Shown piece after piece: positions 47,346 to 58,500 of a stretch of DNA of 64,000 nt. Made by a program: the position numbers and the translations under genes. The DNA is from Vicugna vicugna (lineage: Eukaryota): NCBI GenBank assembly GCA_013265495.1, contig MU062317.1, positions 1,920,229-1,984,228 on the forward strand. Direction: 5' to 3'. The stretch's first letter is position 1. Each line of letters opens with the position of its first letter. The notes beneath the pieces are model-generated. The model was not told the origin of the DNA. It worked only from the letters and a program-made list of their open reading frames with translations, and did no database searches.

Positions 47346-47478
47346 TTTTTTTTTTTTTTTTGGTCAAAGGAGACAATTAGGTTTACTTATTTATTCTTAG
47401 AGGAGGTACTCGGGATTGAACCCAGGACCTCATGTATGCTAAGCACATGCTGTATTACTTAAGCCATACCCTCTCCCC
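47346..47478 (-). mobile_element. tRNA-derived SINE (Vic-1-like), antisense
   Basis: Poly-T, then CAATTAGGTTTACTTATTTATT...GGATTGAACCCAGGACCTCATGTATGCTAAGCAC...ATACCCTCTCCCC. Confidence 0.9.
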
Positions 47479-47672
47479 TACAAGGTGGTTTCTTACTGCC
47501 TTCACCCATTTTCAGCATGGAGTTTAAAAAAAAAATTAAAGTTTTTTTCCTGTTACCAAGAACTCAGGAAGTAAAACAAGAGCTTGGATAAACGTTTCCT
47601 TCCAGGGGGAGAAAAAAAATTCCAATTCCATGCACCCTTTTTGTGCCCTGATTATTGTCACATTCTACATTT

Positions 47673-48190
47673 TGTTACGAGACAAGGTGGGCTAGAGGCA
47701 CTTAGGTGGTAAAAGAATTTAGCAAAGACAAAGAATGAGAACAGTGTTTATTGGGTTACACTGCCACAGAAAACAGCAGGCCACATAGGCGAAAGGTACC
47801 TGTGTGAACGCTGGGGGCCAGCTATTGGGGTGTTTTATAAGGCTGGGTCACAAGGTCCCTGATCAGCTTGTGCACAAGGTTCTGAGTGGTTGTGAGGTAA
47901 GTTTAGGGTCCGAGAAGGGCGGTGGGTCTGTTTCTGACTGACAAAGTGGGCTGAAACAAGCCAGCCTGAGCTGTTAGATGGGGCATGACCTAGGACTTTG
48001 TTAGTGCAAACACACCCAGTAAAGTGTGTATCCCTTTATCTGTTACGGGACGGACATCTGAGAGCCCAGGAATGGAGGGTAGGTAGGGCTCGGTGGATTT
48101 TGAAGGACGACCGTTGGGCCCACACATTTCCCATTTCAGGTCCAGCAGATGTGAGTGAACGTTTATCTTCCATTCTCTTTTCAGAGATTA
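47673..48190. mobile_element. Possible LTR fragment upstream of the CDK11 promoter
   Basis: Starts TGTTAC and contains TTTATTGGGTTACA; composition differs from the flanks. Family not recognised. Confidence 0.3.
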
Positions 48191-48329
48191 AGATTGTTGG
48201 ATTACCAATTTTCCGTTATCACTTAAAACCACAAAGGTCCCAGAAAACCTGAGCTAGGGAAGAGGCCTTCCTCATTCCACGACCCTCAGCATGTTTGAGG
48301 CGGAACCTTGGGAGCGCGGGTCTTTAAAA

Positions 48330-49170
48330 CCTTTGCAGGCAAATGTGAGGAAGCGCCAAGCGTGAGGAACCGCCTGTGAACGCGCCCTGCCCGGCTTTGC
48401 AGAAGCTTGAGCCAGATGCGTGGCTGCGGGGACAAGACTTTCTTTTCCTTTTCGGAAAACTGGGTCAACCGCAGCATCACTGCGGTCCTTCCTCGGCGCA
48501 GGACTCCCCTGGGCCACATGCCAGCAACCGGGGAGAAGCCCGAGGCGGGGACTGGAGGGCAGCGGCGCAGGGTCGGCCCCGGGGGTCCCCGACGTCCGCC
48601 GGCTCCGAGGAACGAGGAAAGCGTCGATCCAGGTGGTGACGCAAGGCGCGCGCCAAGCGCTCCGCTCCAGTCCGGAACAGGCGGCGGCCGCGGGCTGCCC
48701 TGTTTTGTCATCAGCCCGCGCCGACGCAGGAAGTGACGACGTTCCTGGAGCGCGCCGGGCGCTGTTTCTCCTCAGGCTCCGAGACCGGCGGCGGCGGCGG
48801 CGGCGGCGGCGGCGCAGGGGTGAGCGGCGGCGGCGGGGTGGGCGGCCGGGGGGTGCGGCCGGCTCACCCGAGCTCTCGGATCCCGGCGGGCCTCGCGCGC
48901 GGGCCGGGCGACACTCCCCGCTTCCGCGTCCCATCTCGCCCCGCGCGGACCTCGGGGTTGAGTTGAGGAGGCGGCGAGCCCAGACACTCCCCCAGTCCCC
49001 TTGCGGGGCCGAACCCCGGTTAGCGCGACTGAACCCAGAGACCGGGAAAGCGCGGCCCGCTCTGCGAGCGCGCCCACAGAGCGCCCCCCACCGCCGGCCC
49101 TCGTGTCCTGCGATGCGGCCGCGGCCGTCAGGCGGGCGAGGGGCTCACGCAGCCCAGGTGGTACTTAAGT
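48330..49170 (+). promoter_or_regulatory. CpG island promoter of CDK11 with non-coding exon 1 ending at 48819
   Basis: CpG-dense; ETS/CRE-like CAGGAAGTGACG at about 48728; donor AGGG|GTGAGC at 48819/48820. Confidence 0.85.
48786..48812 (+). repeat. (CGG)9 trinucleotide repeat in the CDK11 5'UTR
   Basis: Counted directly. Confidence 0.92.
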
Positions 49171-49527
49171 GAATCCCGCTGATGGCAGAAACAGTACTAG
49201 GGGAGTGCCAGGTGCTGAGCTCCGAGCTCTACCCTCATGGTCTCACTTTATCCCCAGACGATGCTGCCATCAGGTGGTGGTCTTGGCGGTTACGGAGTGG
49301 TACCTGAGCCGAAGTGCCTTGGCCTAGGTCGGACGGACGGGAATGACAGGAAAGAGACTTGAGTCCAAGCGGTCATTTTCCAGAGCCCATCGCTCGTAAC
49401 GACGCTTTGTACTGAAGCGCTCAGAAGTGACGCGGCCGAAGTGTTTGGAGACAACATAGCATCAGACTGTGGCGCTGTGCCCTGACGCAGTTTGAATTCT
49501 TTTTGTTTTTGCAGTGTTTTAACTCAA

Positions 49528-52500
49528 ATGGGTGATGAAAAGGACTCTTGGAAAGTGAAAACTTTAGATGAAATTCTCCAGGAGAAGAAACGACGGAAGG
49601 AACAAGAGGAGAAAGCAGAGATAAAACGCTTAAAAAACGTAAGCCCTGTTTTTTAAGTAAGTGGGTTTTTATAAGGAGATTTAATTTTTTTACCCTCGTT
49701 TTTCCATTAGAACAGCGCTTCTTCGGTGAAGTTCTTTTGTACTTCCAAATGTTTCAGGTGAGCCCAAAATCTGTTTCAAAAATTAACAAAAACCTTGGGA
49801 TACTCAGTTTACGTTGAAGACGGACGGATAACATACTAAAGTTGCATGCAGATGATCGTGTCTGTATGCAGAATCAAGTGCTTTGGGTCTAAAATCATTA
49901 GCACAGTTGGACTGATTTTTCTCATTTCTTCATCCTGTTCATGATGCCATTTCCAAGTATTTTTAGTATAGTAGGACGTTGCCTTGAGGCTAATGTTAGC
50001 ATTTTACGTCTTTTATAAGTACCTTGTGAGACAGTGCAAAGTATTTGGTGTGTAAGGTATGCTTTTCGGCTCAGTTTTGGCTCATATGAAGAACTAACAT
50101 ACTTGGCACAGAATCTAACATCCTCTGCCATGTATAATGGTTTTAAATTTCTCAAGTTCTGGGTAACAGAGTTATAATTCTGATGTAATGGAATTTGAAT
50201 GAAAGGTTTCTGTATTTTATAACATCGGTCCATTCAAAGTGTATATGAAAGTTTGTTTTTGGATGTTTGCAAGGTTCGAGTATCATTACAAATATGCTTA
50301 TCTGTGAGGAAGATTACTTTCTCCTTGCTTCTTAGTCTGATGACCGGGATTCCAAGCGGGATTCCCTTGAGGAAGGGGAGCTGAGGGACCACCGCATGGA
50401 GATAACAATAAGGAACTCCCCCTACAGAAGAGAGGACTCCATGGAGGACAGGTGAGGAGAGGCATGCTGGGCTCCTCCGAGAGGTGGCCGGGGCCCCACT
50501 GCAGGGCTGTGGTACTGGCTGGTCCCTCTCAGTGTTACTTCAGAGGTTTGTGGTCGTGATCTGTGGTTTACCTCGCAGTCGGAGTGAGGTCCTGTGCAGG
50601 GCCGGTTGTCGCCCACCCATCGTGAAAGGACTGCGTGTGTTCCTTCCTTTGTGCTTGTTCTTCAGTCCCGTCTGCACCATGTACGTGGTACTTCAGAATG
50701 GTTTTGCCAAATGTCTGTGGTGGTTGTAAAATGATGACTGCCTGACATTTTGTGTAGATAACCAAAGTACTTGTGAAGGATACCTGAGCAAGGCCTTGGG
50801 ACAGAAATGTCCCTGCTGAGGTCCATGTGTTCTGGGCCATGGTGTCTCCTCACTTGTTTCCTCCTGTGTCCACTGTCAAGAAATTAAAAGCAGCCTAACC
50901 AGAAATTAAGGCAAAAAGGCATCAGGGTGTGACTTCTCCCAAAGTTTTGGTTATGTAGTGTTGGAAGATTGCTGTTGAATGACCTTTTGAGATCATTAAG
51001 TTTGATTAAAATGGTGGGACCTTCTTTAACAACCTTATTGAGGTATAAGTAACAAACTGCACATATTTAAGTGTGTTGTTTGACCCGGTTTTGTATAATT
51101 ACCTGTAAAACTGTCACCACCATCATGATGATGAACCTGCCCATCACAGCCTACGGTTCCTCAGAGATTTCAGTTCCGTTTATCACACTGATTCCCCATG
51201 TGCACTTTTCCTCTGAATCTGTGTCTAACATACAGTTTGGGCTTATGTTTCATAATTAACAAATTCTTTTAAATGATGGTTGAGACTCAACTTTATTCAC
51301 ATCTGAGCCTTTGTTTCTGCGGGTTCGAGAAGCTTCACCATAGCCAGATGCTCCCAGCCTGACTTTCTCAAGCATGATGTGATGCTGTGGTGTCTTGTTT
51401 CAGAGGAGAGGAGGATGATTCTTTGGCTATCAAACCACCCCAGCAAATGTCTCGAAAGGAGAAAGCTCACCACAGAAAAGACGAAAAGAGAAAAGAGAAA
51501 CGGAGGCATCGTAGTCATTCAGCAGAAGGGGGTACAGAGCATTTGTTTTCTTTCCTGTTACATTGAAATGTGGTCTGTTTCTATTTTCATAATCTGGCAC
51601 AATTGAAAGAGAAGAGAATGAAATTTTAGCTGAAAGCATGAATTTATTGTAGGTCATTCTGAGTAGGCATTTCATTTTCCTTCTGGTGTGTTTTCCCCTC
51701 ATTACATCGTTTTGGGGTAGTTTGTCTACATAGAAAATTGTCTTAATTCAACAAGTGAAAACACACTCTTCAGTGCTAAGTTGCTTTAAGAAACAGGTGC
51801 TTGGTAAAGTCCACATAATGAGTTTGATCTCAGACCAGGATAAAGAGCTCCGTGGGTGTGTTGGGAAAACTGGACCTGGGGCCTGAGGTAAATCTCACAG
51901 TTAAATGCAGTTGGTTAACTTGGTTTATAACGTGATGTAGAAACCCACTGAAAAGAGCTAAGCATTGTCCTGTATTCTTTATGAATGATGATTTTTTAAA
52001 ATTATGAAATTAATAGTTTAATTAGTTTATTTAGGAAGGAGTTTAGAAGGAGAAGCTGAAAATCACAGTTCTACCCAGTGATTATCACATTTTGTTTCTT
52101 TCTTAATTGGGGGCTTACCGTATAGGGTCTTCACTTCTTTTGTTTCTAACATGAAGTAATGACTGTCTCCAAACCATTACGTAGGTATTCCTCTTCTCAC
52201 TGGGCATTTCTGAGTTGGGTTTCTGGAGGCTGAGTGCCCTAGCACAAGCCTGTGTCTCTGCAGGAAAGCATGCCAGGGCGAAGGAGAAGGAGAGGGAGCA
52301 CGAGCGCCGCAAGCGGCACCGCGAGGAGCAGGACAAGGCTCGGCGGGAGTGGGAGCGGCAGAAGAGGCGGGAGCTGGCGCGGGAGCACTCCCGGCGGGAG
52401 AGGTGAGAGCGGGCGCCGGCCGGGGGGGGGGGGCGGCTAGCCACACGTGTCCTGAAGCAGCCGAGTTCTCTGCATCTTGAAGACGAGTGAATGTGAGTCG

Positions 52501-55500
52501 ATGGAGAGAGATTCAGGAAAGGAGGAGATCCGTGTCTCTGTCCTCCAGGTGGAGGCTGGTCAGGGCTGCTCAGGAGCCGGACTGGCGGGGCCCGACTCAC
52601 GGCAGAGACCTGTGTCAGCGTGTGAGGTGGGACTGCAGGCACGGTGACACCGGAGGCAGCTTGGGTCCTGGCGGAGTTGCGATGTGAGGGATGAAGGTTG
52701 GGCCGGGCGGGCAGCGGTGGGGAGAGGGTAGGGAGAGGGTCTTCCTACACCTGGTGGCAGGTGGCAGGGGAGGTGAGGCGCTGTCCGCACTGCTGAGCCC
52801 AGCGCATTGGGTTGGGAGGGGCCGCCCCGTGGGAGGGGGACCAGTGCTGCTCTCAGGTCCTTGGGGCGTGCTTTGGAGCTGCAGTCCCCGTATGTAGGTT
52901 CTGACACAGTGAGTGGTGTGGGGTGCTGCGGTCCGTTCACTTACCATGTATTTACAGTGTGCCTCCTCCGCACAGGCCTGTTTTAGGGGGTCTTGTCCAG
53001 GGAGGCTGATGGGTGTGTGCTTGGATTCTCTGGGGTCACGGCGGAAGTAGACTGTGGCTCCCCCAGACAAAGAGGGGAAGTAACAAGGGAAATCTGAAAG
53101 GCCGTGAAATGGCCCCGGAGCTGGGCCTTGGTCTGCAAGGCTTGGATTCCCAGGAGGGGACATCTGTTTAGCCCCAGGTCGCTTCTCCGTGGCTCAGGTA
53201 TGAATGCTAAGGCCACCTCTGTGTACTGAGTTTGTTTCCAGAGAGTTTGGGAGCTGGGCTGCTGCAAGGAAGGAAAAGCAGGTGCCGGCATTCCCAGCAG
53301 CGAGGATGGAACAGCTGGGTATGTAAAGGAGGTGGAAGAGGAGCCTTGGTTCTCAGGACACAGGGCGTGTGTGAGATGAAGCCAAAAGGCAGAGGTCTGA
53401 GACCACAGCAAGGCCATCAGAGCTGTCACAGGCCCAGGTTCGCTGCTCATGCATGAAACATCGCTGGGCTGTCCTCTCTCCAGTGTGGTCTGGTCGCACA
53501 GTGGTGCAGACACAGTGATGACCCCAAGGAAGCCAAGCATGAAAATAAAAAGCAGCACACGATAAAGTACAGCAGTGACCCCTTCTCAAGGGAAGCACGA
53601 GTTCACAGCCACAGCCCCAGCCCCACAGGCTCCTAGGCCGACAGGAGCAACTGGGAGGGAGATCAGGCTGCAGAGCTGCTGCAGTACGTCATCTGAAACG
53701 TCCCATTTCTAACAAAGTTTTGAGCCATGTAAAGAAACAAGGCGGTGTTAAGGAAGAAACGCATCAGTAAAAACTGTGTTCCGGATTTATTAAAGACCTG
53801 GAAGCAAGGAACTTGAAGGTGGAGGAATGGAAATTATGCATTGTGAAGAACAGAGAGAAAAAAAGACTGAAGAATGAACAGAGCCTCCAGACCTGGGGGG
53901 CAGCCCCCACTGTACCAGCAGAGGGGTGACAGCCGTCTTGGGGGTGGAGAGCCAGGGGCACTGAGACATTTTTTAAAGTAACAGTCGCAACTTCCCAAAT
54001 TTGATGAAAAACGTTTTATCTCCGTATCCAGGAAGCTCAGTGAGCCTCAAGTAGGGTAAGTAAAGAGTCACATCATGGTCAGACGGGTGAAAGCCAGTGA
54101 GAAATTCGAGAAGGGAGCAGCAAAGGGCTGGCATAGGGGCCCAGTGCTGTTGGTGGGGGCTTCTTAGGAACAACAGGGTCAGAAGGCAGGGAGCCTGTCC
54201 CCCAGGAATTCTGTGTTCAGCAAAACTGCTCTCCAGGAGTGAGGGCAAATAAAGACCTTCCTGTATGAACAGATAGGGACTCACTGTCAGCAAAGCCTGC
54301 CTTCCAAGAAATACCCAGGAAGACCTTCGGGCTGAATGAAGTGACACCATGGGAAGAGGCAGCTCGGGGACGGCTGAAGTGCAGGCTGACACAGAGTCTG
54401 TGACTGACTCTTCTCACGTCTTGTCCTCTACGAGAGACACGAGTGCATGAGGACAGTCATTATGAATGCACCATGAGGTCGTGTGTGTAGACAGCACCGA
54501 GGGGGAAGGAAGGGCTCTGTGGGGCAGTTTCTGCGTTTTCCCAGAATTAATCTGTTAAGATGCGTCATGTGATCTCTAGAGCAACCTCTAGGAAAATAAC
54601 TTGTAAAAATACTCCACAGAGGGGTTAGACTGGTATACTAAGAATCCTTATTTAAACCAAAAACAGGGAGAAACAAAGGGACAAAAACGGAAAACAAAGA
54701 GAAAGAAAAATTCAGCCACATCCATAATTGTATTAAATGTGAAACAGTCTGGGTGCCCCAAACAAGGGAGAGCTTGTCAGAAGAGCAAGATCCCCGTGTG
54801 TGCCATCTGGAGAGGGACATCTTAGAGCCAAAGACAAGAAAGTTTGGAAGAAAGGATGGAAAAGCTGCGAGAGGGCCTGAGTGGCTATGCTAACGTCAGA
54901 CAAAATAAACGTCACGACAGATGCTAAGAGCAGAGGCCTTCAAGAGAGCAAGAAGTTAGAGCAGGAAGGTCCGACAGTGAGCAGTGTCCACGCACCTGGC
55001 AGTGGAGCCCAGACGTCTCTGAAGCAAGAGCTGACAGGACTGAGTGGAGAAGCAGTTGGTGGATTATAGCTGGAACCGCCAGTTCCCCGCACCAATTGTC
55101 CGTGGAACAACCGGAGAGAATCAGCGAGGGTGCAGGAAGTTTGGGAAGTCCTACCAGCCAGGTCAGTCTCGCTGTCCGGTGCATGCAGCACACGTGTCGC
55201 GCCAGGGCCCTGGGATGCCTCTCAGCAGAGACCTGTGCCAGACCATGTGACAAGTCTCACTTAAAAGGGTTGAGAGGGAGGGGATAGCTAAGTGGAAGAG
55301 CATGTGCCCAGCATGTATGAAGTCAGGTTCAATCCCCAGCACCTCCATTTGAATAAGCAAATAAACCTAATTACTCCCTTAAAATTAAAAAGAAAAGTTG
55401 AGACACAAAAAGTAGGCCCTCTTCCACAGAAGAATTAAATTAAAAATTGGCAACAGGAGGAAACCCAGGGAAATCCTCTAGTGTCTGGGATCCAGCAGCC

Positions 55501-58500
55501 CACGTCTGAATAACCCATGGCCCAGTGAAGACACTTCAAGGAAAAAAAACATTTTGAACTAGATGAGAACAAAGATGGTGTGTCAGAACCTGGGGCTGCG
55601 GCTGCAGCTGTACTTAGTGTGACGTGTTTGGCTTCAAGCTCCGAAACCAGAAAGGGAAGTTGTCAAATCAGTAACCTAACCTTTTACCCAAAGAAAGCAG
55701 GAATAAAAGGAAAGCAGACTTGACCCAAAGCAAGTAGAAGAAACATCTGGGAAACGCAGAGTGGCCAGAAAGCTTAGGGGGTGAGGGGTGGTCACTTCTG
55801 GCGGCAACGTGGTCAGTGGGTGATGGGAACATTCTGAAACTGGCTTGTGACGCAGCAAGTCGCGAGGACTCACATGCACTAGTTGAGTCTCTTAGGTAAG
55901 TTACGCCTCCACTTGTATTTGGGGGTCGTGTGAACTCGTGGGCAAGCAGCGCGTGGACCCCAGGAGTCGTGGTCTGGCCCCTGGGGTGGTGACGTCCGCG
56001 TGGTCAGTGCTGGCTCAGCCCTGGCCCTCTCACCGAAGCTTGTGCTCGTTTCTGTGTGTGTGTGTGACGGTCCTTATGTTCCAGCGTGTCAGCTTTTCAG
56101 GTCGCATCCGGCCTTACCTCTGTGGGGACTGAGAGTTGACTGGGTTCAGTGTTTATTCGTTGGCTGCCTGGCCACACATTCCGGTCCCTGAGATTGCCTG
56201 TCCCCAGCACGACACCTCACTGCCTTCTGCCTACCTGTCCCCGAGAGGGCTGAGCTGGGGGGTGCCCGGGGCTCCGGGGAGGAGGGCAGGCCGGCCGGCC
56301 TGTCTGCGGCTCCCCTGCCCCACCTCCCCCAGGTGAGCACTCCAACCCCTTTGTAGCACAAGAAAACGTACCTCCCTCTAAGGGGATTTAAACTCTGCTC
56401 CCAGGTGTCCTTGGGGTAATTCTTGTGGAGTCTGGTAGAACTACCTAACAAGTGCCTGGAGCCGGTGGGGTTTTGCGCCTCACAGGCGGAGCTGCCTCGC
56501 CCCCCACTTCACTGTGTCTGGCGTGGCTCTTCAGGAGCTGGGCTCCCAGGACACATGGACACCCGCAGCCTGCTCTTAAAAGCCCTTTGCAGTTTATCAC
56601 TTGAAGTAGGAGTGTGGGGAGCACAGGAGACGACTTCCGTTCTGGGCAAAGTCAGTGTGCGCTTGTTCCAGGGACCGCCTGGAGCAGCTGGAGAGGAAGC
56701 GGGAGCGCGAGCGCAAGCTGCGGGAGCAGCAGAAGGAGCAGCGGGAGCAGAAGGAGCGGGAGCGGCGGGCGGAGGAGCGGCGCAAGGAGCGGGAGGCCCG
56801 GAGGGACGGTGAGGGTGCTCGGCCTGCTGGCCGTCGGGCCCAGCTGGAAGCGGCAGGTTCTCGGCCTTCCTCTTTGACCGGTGGATGGCAGTCTGAGGGC
56901 CCAGGGCCCTCGGGGCGGCTACCCGGCCCGGCCCAGCGCCGTTGGAAGTGTACAGGCAGCGGGGGGCACAAGGGGTCCTGGAAAGGCAGCGCCGTCTCTG
57001 TCCTGGTCTCTGTGCAGGGTCTGCACATCACCGAGCCCTGAGGGAGGACTATGGCGACAAAGTGAAGGCCAGCCACTGGAGCCGGAGCCCCCTCCGGCCG
57101 CCTCGCGAGCGCTTCGAGCTGGGGGAAGGCCGGAAGCCCGGTGAGTGTCATGGCCGGTCTTCACGGGGGAGCATGAGTGCAGCGCTGTGCTACCTCCTCG
57201 CCACACTGAACAGGCCGAAGCACGGGGGCTGCGCGGTGCGGATCTGTGGGAAGTCAGTTTCTTGCTGAAACGTTGTCACTTGTCCCTGAAGAGGCGTCTC
57301 CCACCTCCAGGCCTGCGGAGGCACTGTTTTCAGACAAACTGATGTCAGATTTGTGTGAAAAGCACCATCTCATGTTTGCTTGACAACATGTCCCCACATT
57401 CACCTTCAGTGGTTTGTTTCATCAGTAAAAGAAGAGAAGACAGAAGAGAGAGACCTGCTGTCTGACCTGCAGGACGTTAGCGACAGTGAGAGGAAGACCA
57501 GCTCGGCCGAGTCCTCATCGGGTAACCGCCCTTGCCGGGCCCTGCCGCACTGCTGCCGCCGGAGGGAGGGAGGCCGCCCGGCCACCTGGGTTCTTCTCTT
57601 CCCGCAGCAGNNNNNNNNNNNNNNNNNNNNNNNNNNNNNNNNNNNNNNNNNNNNNNNNNNNNNNNNNNNNNNNNNNNNNNNNNNNNNNNNNNNNNNNNNN
57701 NNNNNNNNNNNNNNNNNNNNNNNNNNNNNNNNNNNNNNNNNGAGGACGCATCTGCACAGTCGGCAGGTGAGAGCGAGGCCCCTCAATCTCATGGGAGCCT
57801 GGAAACCACAGAAAACAGTTTGAGTAAAAACACTTCCCAGTTGAAAGTGCCTGCTCTGGGATGCACGTGACACCCCAGGGTTGACCATCGAAGGTGCTTC
57901 TGTTTGTGGGGTCTGAGCTGCTGCCTGTGTCTCTTGCAGAAGAAGTGAGTGAGGAGGAAATGAGCGAAGATGAGGAGCGAGAGGGCGAGAACCACGTCCT
58001 CGTCGGTACGAAGCCTGCGTGCTCAGTGAGCGTGGCTGGGCGGGGACTACTGTCCGAGGACATGCTGCCCCAGAGGCTGCGGCAAGCACCCATGCTGGTG
58101 GTCCCAAGACTCTGCCCCATACTTGGCACTTGTGCCTTGGTAGCCGGCACCCCTTAGAGGAACAATGCTGACCGCACCCTGGGGGCTGCTGGGCTTGGAC
58201 ACGGTGGGATCTGCCAGCTCAGCTCTGACCGTGGGGCCCTCACTGGCCTGGGGCTGGTGTGGCCTCTGCAGGCAGCCAGCTGTACGCCGGGCCAGCAGTG
58301 ATGAGTTCTGGGCAGGCCTGAGATGCTATGCCGTCTGTCCCGGGTGGTGGGTCGCACAGCCCCGTGTGTGGCTCTTGGGGTGCCCCCCCATGTGGCTCCT
58401 TCATGGGCTCACTGTTTCCTCAGAACAGGACTTGGTTGTGACACTTGCTGGTTCCTGGTTCCGTGATGGGTTTCACTCTTGAAGTTCCAGAGTCACGATT

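Noticed and set aside
48272-49172. Arg-rich ORFs on both strands
   Set aside because: Produced by the CGG repeat and CpG island of the CDK11 promoter.
57141-57179. Possible 39-nt exon extension like the longer human CDK11B isoform
   Set aside because: No suitable GT donor 39 nt downstream and no similarity to the human insert as I recall it.
57401-57425. Upstream alternative acceptor (CTTCAG at 57409) for the CDK11 exon starting at 57426
   Set aside because: It would add 16 nt and shift the frame; the downstream CAG restores the known protein.
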